Source: Fidelibacterota bacterium (GTDB taxonomy: Bacteria > Fidelibacterota > Marinisomatia > Marinisomatales > Marinisomataceae). From it: a stretch of 64,000 bases of DNA. Each line of letters starts with the position of its first letter. Position 1 is the first letter of the stretch. Below the pieces are notes generated by a model that was not told where the DNA came from, did no database searches, and saw only the letters and a list, made by a program, of their open reading frames with translations. The stretch covers positions 1-64,000 of the forward strand of contig OZ243041.1 of the NCBI GenBank assembly GCA_965212055.1, read 5' to 3'. This document shows, piece by piece, positions 10,656 to 21,077 of this stretch. The position numbers and the translations under genes were made by a program.

Positions 10656-13348
10656 ATGAATGTTAAGAAAAAGATTTACTTTTTCTCTCAACAAAAAACT
10701 GACGGCACAAAGTCGATGTCTGATGTCTTGGGCGGGAAGGGGGCAAACATAGCAGAAATGTGTAGGCTTGGTCTGCCGGTTCCTCCTGGATTTACGATTT
10801 CTTCCTCGGTTTGTGGGTCTTTTTTAAAACAAAAACAGCTTTCTGCTGCACTTAAAAAAGACATCCAAAAAAACATAAGAAAGGTTGAAGGTTTAACTAA
10901 AAAGTCTTTTGGCGGAAGAGCTCCTTTGCTTCTTTCGGTCCGGTCTGGATCAAAGTTTTCAATGCCAGGAATGATGGAAACAGTATTAAACGTTGGTCTC
11001 ACCTCTAAGACGGTGAGGGCTCTTATAAAAAAATCTGGGAACGACCGTTTTGTTTATGATAGCTACAGAAGGCTTATTATGATGTATGCAGACGTTGTAA
11101 TGGAAAAAGGGCTTGGGTTAGGAAAAAAAGACGGTGTTCGAAGCAAAATGGAGGACATGCTTGAAAGAATGAAACAAAAGAATCGATATAAAAACGACTC
11201 AGAAGTTTCTAGCGAGTCTTGGCAAGCTCTTATTGAACAGTATTTAAAGGTTATAAAAGATCGCTTTGGGGTGGAGTTTCCAGACAACCACTATGACCAG
11301 CTATATGGAGCAATTGAAGCTGTCTTTACAAGCTGGAACGGGAAAAGAGCAAAAGAATATCGTGCATTTGAAAAAATTTCTAACAAACTGGGCACAGCTG
11401 TTAACATACAAGCAATGGTGTTTGGAAACATGGGCAAAGGCTGTGGAACTGGGGTTGCTTTTACAAGAAACCCTTCGAACGGCAAAAACATTTTTTACGG
11501 AGAATGGCTCCCAAACGCACAAGGAGAAGATGTCGTGGCTGGGATTAGAACCCCTCAACCGGTTTTTGGAGGAACAAAAAAGCTTTCTCTTGCGGGAGCT
11601 ATGCCAAAAGCATATAAGCAGCTGCGGGCTGTGCGAAAACCCTAGAAAAACACTTTAAAGACATGCAAGACATTGAGTTTACAATCGAGAACGAAAAGCT
11701 TTGGATGTTACAAACCAGGGCTGGAAAGCGCACGGGGGTTGCCGCTATTAAAATCGCTACCGACATGGTAAAAGAACGACTAATCAACAAAAAAGAGGCC
11801 ATTTCTCGCGTTAAGCCAAACCAGGTTTACGAAAGCATGTTAAAAAACATTCATCCCGATGAGCTTTTTTCTGCTGTAAGGCTAGGAAGCGGGCTTCCCG
11901 CCGGACCGGGGGCATCAACGGGGCAGGTTGTTTTCGATGCCGGAAAGGCAGAGAAGCTGGGCAAGGGTGGAAAGCAAGTAATTTTAGTGCGCAACGAAAC
12001 CTCTCCGGAAGACATTCATGGGATGCGCTATGCTGCTGGAATCCTCACTTCTCGCGGAGGCCTAACCAGCCATGCTGCGCTTGTGGCTCGAGGGTGGGGC
12101 AAAAGCTGTGTTGTTGGCTATCAAGAGCTAAAAATTTCTAAAAACAAAAAATTTGCAACCTTTGGGGACAAAAAAATTAAAGAAGGGGACTGGATTACTC
12201 TCAACGGAACAGATGGGACAGTTTTTGACCAAAAACTGGGGCTTTTTCAGCAACCAATTAAAGACTCGAAACCCCTTCAGGAGCTCTTGGGCTGGGCAGA
12301 CAGATATAGAAAGCTAAAGGTTAGGACAAATGCTGATACCCCTGAAGACTGTGAGCGGGCGGTGGCGTTTGGGGCGCAAGGACTGGGGCTTTGCAGAACC
12401 GAACACATGTTTTTCGATGAAAAAAGAATTCACCAGTTTAGAAAAATGATCTTGGCAGAAAAAAAAGAAACCCGCATAAGGCGCCTTAACAAGCTTTTGC
12501 CCCATCAAAAAAAAGATTTCTACAACATTTTAAAAACAATGGACCGTTTGCCTGTTACCATTCGTTTGCTTGACCCGCCTCTCCATGAGTTCATCAACAT
12601 AAACAACAAAGAAGTGGAAAAGCTTTCAAAAGACCTTGGTGAAAGCAAAAAAAGCATTAGGGCAAGGGTTGATCGGCTAAGGGAGGACAACCCGATGTTG
12701 GGGCACAGGGGGTGCAGGCTTGGAGTTTCATATCCGGAGATCACGAAGATGCAGGCCGAAGCTATCTTGGGGGCTGCGCTAAAACTAAAAAAGGAAAAGA
12801 AGGCTCCAAAAGTTGAAATTATGGTTCCCCTGGTTGGAACCTTGGGCGAATTTTTAGACCAAAAAAACATTATCATAGAAACATATAAGAGGCTTTCTAA
12901 AAAAAACAGACAAACGCTAAGGTATAAAATTGGAACAATGATTGAGGTGCCGAGCGCTTGCTTTAGCGCAAAAGAAATTGCGAAAAATGCTGATTTTTTT
13001 AGCTTTGGAACAAACGACCTAACACAAACTGTTTTTGGGTTTAGTCGGGACGACGTTGGAACATTTTTTCAAACTTATTTCGAAAAAGAAATTTTTTCTT
13101 TTGATCCTTTTGAAACTATTTCTGAAGAAAGTGTGGGGGCATTAATGAAAATGGCTGTTAATGACGGAAAAAAAGGAAACCCTAGGCTCTCTTTGGGTAT
13201 TTGTGGAGAACATGGTGGAGACCCAAAAAGCATTGGTTTTTGTAGTGCCATTGGACTAGACTATGTTAGTTGCTCTCCTTTTAGGGTGCCTGTCGCTCGT
13301 TTGGCGGCGGCTCATGCGGAAATTAAAAAAACACAAGTTAATGAATAA
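10656..13348 (+). CDS. ppdK: Pyruvate, phosphate dikinase, split by a 1-nt deletion at about 11636-11642
   Basis: LGGKGANIAEM, SVRSG..SMPGMM, AQGEDVVAGIRTP; then MQDIEFT, GGLTSHAA (phospho-His), GTNDLTQ and GICGEHGG. Adding one A to AAAA restores RKTLEKHFKDMQD. Confidence 0.93.
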
Positions 13349-14519
13349 AAAATTTGACATTATAGTTTATGGTGCAACCGGCTTTACCGGATCTTTGTGT
13401 GTAAAATATTTAAAGAAAAACTATCCTGAGCTGAGCTGGGCAGTGGCGGGACGAAACAAAGAAAAGCTTTCTCTGCTTTGTAAAAAGGTTGGCACTGGTT
13501 GCCAGATTTTTGTTGCGGATGCAAACGACTCTTCTGCCCTGGACAGCATAACACAAAAAACAAAGGTTGTTTTGTCAACGGCTGGGCCCTTTCATCGGTA
13601 TGGGTCAAAACTAGTGGCTTCTTGTGTAAAAAACTCCACACACTATGTTGACATTACAGGAGAAAACTTTTGGGTGAAGCAAATGATTGATCAACACCAT
13701 TTGGCAGCAAAGAAAAAGGGCATTAGGATTGTTCCTTCTTGCGGCTATGATTCAATTCCTTCAGATTTGGGCTGTTTCTTTTCGGCGTCTTCTTTTGGCA
13801 AAGAAGTGGCCTCTATACATTCTTTTCACACAATGAAGGGGGAACCTTCTGGAGGAACAATAGAAACAATGTTTTCTTCAAGGTTCGAAACGGGGCTGTT
13901 CGGGAGGTTTGCGTTAAACCCAGAGCTCTCTGTTTCTTCAAAACAAAAAGAACTTACAACAGATCGTGTTTCTGTAAAAAAGAACTCAACAATAAGTGCT
14001 TGGACAGGGCCCTTTATTATGGCGATGGCAAACACGCGAGTTGTTCGCAGGGGCGCAGCCCTTTTAGAGGAGCTTGGAGAGGGCTATGGAAAAGATTTTG
14101 TGTACAAAGAACATGCCTACTACTCTAGAGCAACAACAGCATATATAACAACTATGTTTCTTGGTTTCGTTGGCCTTGTCATTGCTACCCCCCTTAATCG
14201 TCTTGTTAGGCCTTTTTTAAGAAAGCCTGGGCAGGGACCAAACCAAAAAGCAATGGATGAAGGTTTTTTCAGGTGCAAGTTTGTCGTTAAAGGGTCGGGC
14301 GGGGAACAAAAAATTTATGAGTCGCGTGGAAGCGGAGATCCCGGGTACAAGGTTACATCAAAGCTCGTTTGTGAAAGCGCTATTTCTCTTTTGGGGGACA
14401 GCTCTTTGTTGCCGGGCGGCGCTTCGTGGGGAGGGGTTTTAACGCCGTCTTCTGGAATGGGAAACGTCTTGGTTGGGCGGTTGAAAAAAGCTGGGATTGT
14501 TTTTAGGGAGGCGTCTTAA
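13341..14519 (+). CDS. Saccharopine dehydrogenase-like / trans-acting enoyl reductase oxidoreductase
   Basis: YGATGFTG, AGPF, HYVDITGE, CGYDSIPSD and GDPGY motifs; likely start is ATG 13341 overlapping the ppdK stop. Confidence 0.82.
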   Translation: MNKKFDIIVYGATGFTGSLCVKYLKKNYPELSWAVAGRNKEKLSLLCKKVGTGCQIFVADANDSSALDSITQKTKVVLSTAGPFHRYGSKLVASCVKNSTHYVDITGENFWVKQMIDQHHLAAKKKGIRIVPSCGYDSIPSDLGCFFSASSFGKEVASIHSFHTMKGEPSGGTIETMFSSRFETGLFGRFALNPELSVSSKQKELTTDRVSVKKNSTISAWTGPFIMAMANTRVVRRGAALLEELGEGYGKDFVYKEHAYYSRATTAYITTMFLGFVGLVIATPLNRLVRPFLRKPGQGPNQKAMDEGFFRCKFVVKGSGGEQKIYESRGSGDPGYKVTSKLVCESAISLLGDSSLLPGGASWGGVLTPSSGMGNVLVGRLKKAGIVFREAS

Positions 14520-14528
14520 GTGTTTGTT

Positions 14529-16247
14529 ATGAAAAAAGCTTTTTTTATATTTTTTGTTTTGGGGCCAGCCACGATGTTGGCACAACAAGTAGATTTGCGT
14601 AAAGACGACCAGAGGTTTTTTAGAGGAAAGCCTGCGCCTGTTTTGAGGGACCTTGCAATGCCGGCACAACAAAAAAATTTGCCAAAAGACTATCAAAAGC
14701 TGGTGGAGCTGTTTGGCGATTGGCGAGAGTTTGAGTCTCCCCCTTTGCGAAACGGGGCCCCAGACTATACGGCGAGTCGCTTTAAAGAAGACAGAAAAGT
14801 TTTTCGTGGCCTTCAAAAAAGGTTAAACAAAATTAACATTGACCGTTGGCCTGTTTCTCAACAGGTAGACTGGCATGTTGTTCGGGCCGAAATGAACGGA
14901 TACGACTTTAACTATCGAATTCTTAGGCCTTGGGAAAGGGACCCTGCGTTTTACCAAACTATTTGGACTTATAAAAGCGACGTTCCTGCACACGAGGGAC
15001 CTACAAACCATGCGGTCCTGGAGCTTTGGACCTACAGTTTTCCTCTGTCTCAAGACGAACAGCTGCGGCTAGCGAAAGAGCTGCGAGTTATTTCTCCCCT
15101 GCTAGAACAAGCAAGAGAAAACTTGGTAGGAAATGCGCGCGACCTGTGGGTCGCTGGAACCGAAAACCTTCGACAACAAGAAAAAAAACTAACTACTCTT
15201 TCAAAAAAACTATCCCAACACCATCCGGACAATTTGGCCCCTGACCTAAGGGGCGCGTTATCTCTCGCGAAACAGTCAACAAGGTCTTTTGTTGGGTGGT
15301 TGGATGCTCAGGCGGTGTATAAGAATGGCCCTTCTGGGGTCGGAAAAGAAAACTATACCTGGTACCAACAAAACGTACACCTGGTGCCGCTAAGCTGGGA
15401 AGAAGAGGTTTCCCTGCTTAAGCGAGAGCTTGATCGCGCATGGTCTTCCTTGGTCCTTGAGGAACAAAAAAATCGGGACCTGCCTCCTATGGTTGCTGCC
15501 AGCTCCGCCGAAGAGTTTGATGCTATGGCTGAAGCGGGAGTACAAAGACTAATGGGGTTCTTGGACGAAAAAGAAATTATGCCAATTAAACCCAACATGG
15601 AACCAGCGCTGAGGGAACATATGGGACAGTTTGTACCAGAAGACCAGCGGAACTTCTTTTCAATAGGGATGCACTACGATCCTGTCCCGCTGTATTCACA
15701 TTTCTACCACTGGTTTGATTTAGCTCAAATGCGTGACGAGCCACATTCCAGCCCAATTCGTCGTGAGCCGCTTCTCTATAATATTTTTGATTCAAAAAGC
15801 GAAGGAATTGCTACCGGCGTTGAAGAGTTTTTTATGCACGCTGGGCTTTATGAAGACAGCCCGCGCTCAAAGGAAATTGTTTGGATTATGCTTGCTCAGC
15901 GCGCAGCTAGAGGGCTGGGGTCTTTATATGCCCACGCAAACATGATGACCATGGAAGAGGCTGGAAAGGTTCACGTTAAATGGACGCCCCGCGGGTGGAT
16001 GGAGCGCGAACCCCATTTGCTTCGGTTTGAGCAACACCTTTATTTGCGACAACCAGGATACGGAACCTGCTATATTACTGGAAAGTATTTAATAGAGGGG
16101 CTAATGACGGAATATGCCGAACAAAAGGATGCTGCCGGAGAGCCGTTTATAATGAAAGACTTTTTTGAAGAGTTTAATGATGCAGGAAACATTCCTGTTG
16201 AACTGGTTAGGCGGGAAATGATAGGCAAAGAAAAAGGAACAAATTAG
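14529..16247 (+). CDS. Secreted DUF885-like protein
   Basis: Signal peptide [30 protein letters not shown] and [15 protein letters not shown] resemble the DUF885 metallopeptidase-like family. Confidence 0.6.
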   Translation: MKKAFFIFFVLGPATMLAQQVDLRKDDQRFFRGKPAPVLRDLAMPAQQKNLPKDYQKLVELFGDWREFESPPLRNGAPDYTASRFKEDRKVFRGLQKRLNKINIDRWPVSQQVDWHVVRAEMNGYDFNYRILRPWERDPAFYQTIWTYKSDVPAHEGPTNHAVLELWTYSFPLSQDEQLRLAKELRVISPLLEQARENLVGNARDLWVAGTENLRQQEKKLTTLSKKLSQHHPDNLAPDLRGALSLAKQSTRSFVGWLDAQAVYKNGPSGVGKENYTWYQQNVHLVPLSWEEEVSLLKRELDRAWSSLVLEEQKNRDLPPMVAASSAEEFDAMAEAGVQRLMGFLDEKEIMPIKPNMEPALREHMGQFVPEDQRNFFSIGMHYDPVPLYSHFYHWFDLAQMRDEPHSSPIRREPLLYNIFDSKSEGIATGVEEFFMHAGLYEDSPRSKEIVWIMLAQRAARGLGSLYAHANMMTMEEAGKVHVKWTPRGWMEREPHLLRFEQHLYLRQPGYGTCYITGKYLIEGLMTEYAEQKDAAGEPFIMKDFFEEFNDAGNIPVELVRREMIGKEKGTN

Positions 16248-16248
16248 T

Positions 16249-16494
16249 TTGGCTGCCACCGAAATAGACCTTCATGGGTGGACTTATGATGAAGTAAGAG
16301 ACCGACTGCCCAACATGTTGATACTTTATCACAACAAGGGGCGGGGACCCATAGAAATCATAACGGGCAATAGCGAAAAAATGAAGTTGGTTGTTCGCGA
16401 GGTTTGCAAAAAACACAGCTTTGGGATAGATGAGGTGTGGAACACAAACCCTGGAACGATTGTTATAAGAGAAAGGAGCGTTTTGAATGTTTAA
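16249..16494 (+). CDS. Stand-alone Smr-domain protein
   Basis: EIDLHG...IITGNS...NPG motifs in 81 aa; TTG start. Confidence 0.7.
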   Translation: MAATEIDLHGWTYDEVRDRLPNMLILYHNKGRGPIEIITGNSEKMKLVVREVCKKHSFGIDEVWNTNPGTIVIRERSVLNV

Positions 16495-16879
16495 TTTTTC
16501 TAAAAAAAAGAAAGACGGGTTGGCTCTTTATCCTACCGCCCTTCAGCGAGCAGCTCTGTTACAAAAAGCTGCCCTTGGTGGCCCCCTAGTGATGTTGAAC
16601 CTATTAAAATTTAAAAACAAAGAGGCTTATAGCGGATATGCCGGGAGCGTAAAGGGTGTTTCTTCAGATTTTGGTATAGAGTTTTTATTTTTTGGTGAAG
16701 TCTTAACGACCGTCATAGGCGACACGGTTTCTTATCATGCTGTTGCCCTAGTAAGATATCCATCCATTAAGGCCTTTATTCAGTTTGCTTCTTCCGACTC
16801 AATGAAGGAGTTTAAAAAACAAAGAGAAGCGGGACTAGAAGGACAATACTTGGTCGCCATAAAAGAAGTTGAACTGTAA
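16487..16879 (+). CDS. DUF1330 domain protein
   Basis: PLVMLNLLKFK, ALVRYPS and REAGLEGQ pattern. Confidence 0.7.
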   Translation: MFNFSKKKKDGLALYPTALQRAALLQKAALGGPLVMLNLLKFKNKEAYSGYAGSVKGVSSDFGIEFLFFGEVLTTVIGDTVSYHAVALVRYPSIKAFIQFASSDSMKEFKKQREAGLEGQYLVAIKEVEL

Positions 16880-16921
16880 TACTTCTAACATCGTTGTATA
16901 AAATTTCCTATATTTTTAATT

Positions 16922-18331
16922 ATGCACGAAGAAAAACAAAACCTCGATCATGTTTTCAGCGCCCAGCTTGATAACCGGGTTTCTCTAGCAAAAACCGGGG
17001 CTCGCGAAAGAAAGAAAAAATTAAAGCTTCTTTTGGCCACGTTTCTTGAAATGGAGGGCGAGGCGGAGGCAGCGCTCTACGCAGATATGAAAAAAAGCGC
17101 CACAGAGGCGGGAATAACAGAGGTGATGGGCATAAAAACCGAGGCTTCTTTTGCTATAAAAAATTTAAAAAAATGGATGAAGACCAGGCGCGTTGGTTCT
17201 ACTCCTGCGGTTTCTTTTACTCGTGGCTGGATACGCCCAGAGCCAAAAGGAACTGTTCTTATCATTTCCCCATGGAACTATCCAATTCTTTTGGTTTTAA
17301 ACCCTCTTATTGCAGCTGTTGCAGCCGGAAACACAGCGATTATAAAGCCTTCTGAGTTTACTCCGGCTTCTGGTGCTTTTGTAAAAAAATTAATTGAAAA
17401 AGTTTTTCCAGAAAACGAAGTTGCTGTGGTTTTAGGAGACCACGAACCTGCTATTGAGCTTCTAAAAAAACCTTTTAACCACATTGTGTTTACCGGGAGT
17501 CCAAATATCGGGAAAGTCGTAATGGAGGCAGCATCAAAACATTTAGCGGGGGTAACTTTAGAGCTTGGGGGGAAGTCTCCTGTTGTTGTAGATGAAACGG
17601 CTAACATTTCTGATACAGCATGGAAGCTTGCCTTTTATAAGTTCACAAATGCAGGACAAACCTGCACGGCCCCAGACTATGTTCTCTGCCACAGAAACAA
17701 ACAGGAGGAGCTCATCGAAGGTCTCGCGACGAACTTTAAGAAGTTCTTTAAAAAGAACGGCAAGCACAGCACAGAAGACTACTGTCAAATTATAAACCAT
17801 AAACACTTTGATCGAGTTAGCGGCTATATTGATTCTGCCGTTTCTGATGGAGCTTCTGTTGTTTTTGGAGGAAAAACAGACAGGGAAAGCCGCTTTATAG
17901 AGCCGACCCTCCTGTCCAACGTTTCTACAGAAAGCGAAGTAATGACAGAAGAGATTTTTGGTCCGATTTTGCCGATTTTGCCATATGAAAGCCTTGACGA
18001 GGTCGTGGAGTTTATAAACAAAAGACACCGACCTCTTTCTTTGTATGTTTTTAGTTCAAACAAAAAAAATCAAAACAGGCTTATGTCAGAAACCTGTAGC
18101 GGTTCTTTTCTTGTAAACGACTGTGTCATCAACCACGCCAATCCGCATCTTCCTTTTGGAGGAATCAACAATAGCGGAATTGGGAGCTATCATGGAAAAT
18201 TTGGGTTTGATGAGCTTTCTCACCACAAGGCGGTTTTAAAAAGCACTTCTCTTTCCCCTTTTAAACTGATGCTTCCTCCCTATACTCCCTTTGTAGAAAA
18301 GCTTGTTAAAATGACAAAAAAACTTGCTTAG
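16922..18331 (+). CDS. Aldehyde dehydrogenase (ALDH3/coniferyl-like)
   Basis: PWNYP, KPSE, FTGS, LELGGKSP, AGQTCTAPD and EEIFGP motifs. Confidence 0.93.
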   Translation: MHEEKQNLDHVFSAQLDNRVSLAKTGARERKKKLKLLLATFLEMEGEAEAALYADMKKSATEAGITEVMGIKTEASFAIKNLKKWMKTRRVGSTPAVSFTRGWIRPEPKGTVLIISPWNYPILLVLNPLIAAVAAGNTAIIKPSEFTPASGAFVKKLIEKVFPENEVAVVLGDHEPAIELLKKPFNHIVFTGSPNIGKVVMEAASKHLAGVTLELGGKSPVVVDETANISDTAWKLAFYKFTNAGQTCTAPDYVLCHRNKQEELIEGLATNFKKFFKKNGKHSTEDYCQIINHKHFDRVSGYIDSAVSDGASVVFGGKTDRESRFIEPTLLSNVSTESEVMTEEIFGPILPILPYESLDEVVEFINKRHRPLSLYVFSSNKKNQNRLMSETCSGSFLVNDCVINHANPHLPFGGINNSGIGSYHGKFGFDELSHHKAVLKSTSLSPFKLMLPPYTPFVEKLVKMTKKLA

Positions 18332-19127
18332 CTATTTCGTTTCGAAGCTCAATAACCGTGTTTGCATAGTGGTCTGACCTGTTGTAGGTCCTTATTGCCT
18401 GCCACGACTTTGACCTAAAAGAAAAGTTGTTGTAGTCGTCTGGATATCTGTTTTCTTTAAGATAGTACGCAATACTTCCCAAAACGTCTTCCCAGTCATA
18501 CGGTTCTTTTTTTCCGTTTTGATTATAGTCGATAGAAAGGCTTCTAAAGCTAGACGGAATAAATTGGCCATACCCAAACGCTCCAGCATAAGACCCTCGA
18601 AGTTCAAAGGGATCTATGCCTGCCTGCTTACAGTACACCAGAAGCTCAAAGAGTTCTTTGGTGGCCCACACTTTTCTCTGCGGCAAATTAAGGGCCTGTG
18701 TGTATAAAGAATTAAAAACAGAATACTCGGCGTGTATTTCGCCGTAGCTTGTTTCAACCCCCACAATAGCAACAATAATAAGCGGGTCTATTTTAAAGTC
18801 TTGGATAATTTTTTTAAAAACGCTTTTGTTGTCAAAGAAAAACTGTGCGCCTTCTTTTATTCTTTTTTCATTAAGAAAAATAGCCCTGTACTCTTTGTAG
18901 CTTTTTGTTTTTTCTGGCTTTTGTTTAAACCTAAAAAGAACTTCTTCTAGCTCTTGAACCTCTGGGCTTTCAAAGACCCTCCTCAGTTCATTGATTGTAT
19001 AAAAGTCTTCTATGTCTGTGTGTCTTATAAGGCTGTTAAAAACAGCATAGTTCCTTCCTGTTTCTTGAGAAAACAAAAAAGCTGAAGAGAAAAGAACGTA
19101 CAGCGTTGTTTTAATGGTTAATTTCAT
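18306..19127 (-). CDS. mltB: Lytic murein transglycosylase B family
   Basis: GVETSYG, GSYAGAFGYGQFIPSS and YNRSDHYA motifs. Confidence 0.85.
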   Translation of the reverse strand: MKLTIKTTLYVLFSSAFLFSQETGRNYAVFNSLIRHTDIEDFYTINELRRVFESPEVQELEEVLFRFKQKPEKTKSYKEYRAIFLNEKRIKEGAQFFFDNKSVFKKIIQDFKIDPLIIVAIVGVETSYGEIHAEYSVFNSLYTQALNLPQRKVWATKELFELLVYCKQAGIDPFELRGSYAGAFGYGQFIPSSFRSLSIDYNQNGKKEPYDWEDVLGSIAYYLKENRYPDDYNNFSFRSKSWQAIRTYNRSDHYANTVIELRNEIAKQVFLSF

Positions 19128-19162
19128 TGTGTTAAACTTAACTATGCCAAGGCCTTTGTTTT

Positions 19163-20005
19163 ATGTTAAATAATAAATTTGTTTTGCTAACGATTGCTCT
19201 TTTTGCTGTAAGCTCTTCTGCCTGGGTTGTCAGGCTTTTGGAAGACACAAATGCTGTTACTCTCGCTTTTTGGAGAATGTTTTTGGCAACGATAGCCGTC
19301 TTTCTTCTTTCTTACAAAACTATTTCGAAATTTGTTCCCAACAAAAAAATGGAGATGGCGGGGGTTTTTCTTGGGTTGCACTTCGCTTTGTTTTTTAGGG
19401 CCGTACAACTAACCTCTATTGCAGAAGCAACCCTTCTTGGAACAACGGCTCCGGTTTTTACAGAGCTGTACCGCTTTCTTTTTAAAAAGAAAAGGCCCGT
19501 TCGAATGGTTTTGCTTGGGCTGTGTGTAGCTCTCTTGGGAACAGGAATACTCGTAAGCCAAAGCGGTTTTAGCGAAACCAGCTCAGTGGGAAATCTTTTT
19601 GCCGTTCTTTGTTCTGTTGCTATGGCGCTTGTTTTAATTATTGGAAAAGAAGTGCGAAAAGAAACCCCCGTTTTTGAGTATACACGGTGGTTATTCTTTT
19701 ATGCCTCCGCCACGCTTCTTTTTGTGTCTTTTTTTGTTAATGTTTCTGTCTTTTCTTTTTCCAGAGAGGAGTTTTCTTGGTTTTTATTTCTTGCTCTTGT
19801 TCCAACAATGATTGGTCATAATATTTTTTACTACCTTATTAAAAGCCTTGCGACCACAACAGTTGCAGCCGTTCCATTGGGAGAGCCTGTTGTTTCTTCT
19901 TTGGGGGCTTGGGTTTTCTTTGGGGAGCCGGTTGGGCTGGCCGTGTGGGTTGGTGGAGGAATTACCCTGGTTGGAGTTTTTCTTGTTGTAAAATTTGGTA
20001 ACTAG
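19163..20005 (+). CDS. DMT/EamA family transporter
   Basis: About 10 hydrophobic segments, two EamA repeats, GEPV motif. Confidence 0.85.
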   Translation: MLNNKFVLLTIALFAVSSSAWVVRLLEDTNAVTLAFWRMFLATIAVFLLSYKTISKFVPNKKMEMAGVFLGLHFALFFRAVQLTSIAEATLLGTTAPVFTELYRFLFKKKRPVRMVLLGLCVALLGTGILVSQSGFSETSSVGNLFAVLCSVAMALVLIIGKEVRKETPVFEYTRWLFFYASATLLFVSFFVNVSVFSFSREEFSWFLFLALVPTMIGHNIFYYLIKSLATTTVAAVPLGEPVVSSLGAWVFFGEPVGLAVWVGGGITLVGVFLVVKFGN

Positions 20006-20622
20006 TAGTACTTCTTGGGCAGCATTTCTCTAAGTTCTTGCATTATTCTTTTCGTAAGAACCCCTGTTTTTTCTGTTTCTTTTGGATAAAGAGGTTTTCC
20101 AAACTCAACTGAAACTTTTGGTCGTTGAAGAGTTTTTAGTTTTTTTGAAATTTGGTCTGTTCCGGACAGGGCAACGGGGATAATTGGGATGTTGTTTCTT
20201 AGCGAAAAGTAGGCCGCTCCATCTTTGGGGGGCTTCAGTTTTGCTCCAATGCTTGTTCCTTCTGGAAAAATACATATGGGTTCTTTCTTTTTTATTTGTT
20301 TTTGTACCGCTCTTATTGCTGAGGGTTTAAGGTTTTTTCTATGAACCAATAAAACCCCATAAAGCCATGGGACCCATAGCTCTCTCCACCCAAGATCGTC
20401 GAGGTCTTCTGCCATTAAAAAGGTTGTGGGTTTTTTATGTTTTGCCTGCAAAATAAAGGGGTCCAAAAGGCTAAAGTGGTTAGGTGCAAGAATATAGGGT
20501 CCTTTTTTTGGAATATTTTTTTCGCCTTTTGCGGTAAGCTTTATTAACAAAAAACACAGCAAAACAGAGCTCCATCCGAGAACTGTTCTTGTTAGCTTGT
20601 TTCTTGGGGGAGAAAACTTCAC
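20002..20622 (-). CDS. plsC: 1-acyl-sn-glycerol-3-phosphate acyltransferase family
   Basis: NHFSLLD (HxxxxD) and FPEGT motifs. Confidence 0.8.
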   Translation of the reverse strand: MKFSPPRNKLTRTVLGWSSVLLCFLLIKLTAKGEKNIPKKGPYILAPNHFSLLDPFILQAKHKKPTTFLMAEDLDDLGWRELWVPWLYGVLLVHRKNLKPSAIRAVQKQIKKKEPICIFPEGTSIGAKLKPPKDGAAYFSLRNNIPIIPVALSGTDQISKKLKTLQRPKVSVEFGKPLYPKETEKTGVLTKRIMQELREMLPKKYY

Positions 20623-20632
20623 TTTTGTTTTT

Positions 20633-21076
20633 TTAAAAAGGGAGGTCGTCTTCTTGAACTTGGCTCGTGTCTTCTTCTGAAACTTTTGGTTCTTGGTTCA
20701 TTGGCTCGCCGCCCGAACTGTCCCTGCCAGAAGATCCAAGAATTTGAATCCCGCCAAAGGGATTCACTACAACCTCTGTTGTATATTTTTTGTTTCCTTC
20801 TTTGTCTTCCCAGCTTCGCGTTTGTAGTGTGCCCTCAATAGAAACGAGTGTTCCTTTTGTAACATATGGGCCAATATATTTTTCTGCTGTTGCTCCAAAA
20901 GAAACACAATTGTGCCAGTCTGTTCTTTCTTGTTGGTTCCCCTCTTTGTCTCTCCAGCTTTCGTTTGTTGCGATGCTAAAGCTTGCAACGGCTTGCCCCC
21001 CTTGGGTGTGTCTTATTTCTGGGTCTTGTCCCAGTCTTCCAATTAATAAAACTTTGTTTAGTGTTCCTTTTGCCAT
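20633..21076 (-). CDS. ssb: Single-stranded DNA-binding protein
   Basis: NKVLLIGRLGQDPE OB fold; acidic tail ending DDLPF. Confidence 0.96.
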   Translation of the reverse strand: MAKGTLNKVLLIGRLGQDPEIRHTQGGQAVASFSIATNESWRDKEGNQQERTDWHNCVSFGATAEKYIGPYVTKGTLVSIEGTLQTRSWEDKEGNKKYTTEVVVNPFGGIQILGSSGRDSSGGEPMNQEPKVSEEDTSQVQEDDLPF

Positions 21077-21077
21077 C

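Noticed and set aside
11630..11665. Programmed ribosomal frameshift in ppdK
   Set aside because: No convincing slippery heptamer in the correct frame or downstream structure; four similar indels nearby favour sequencing error.
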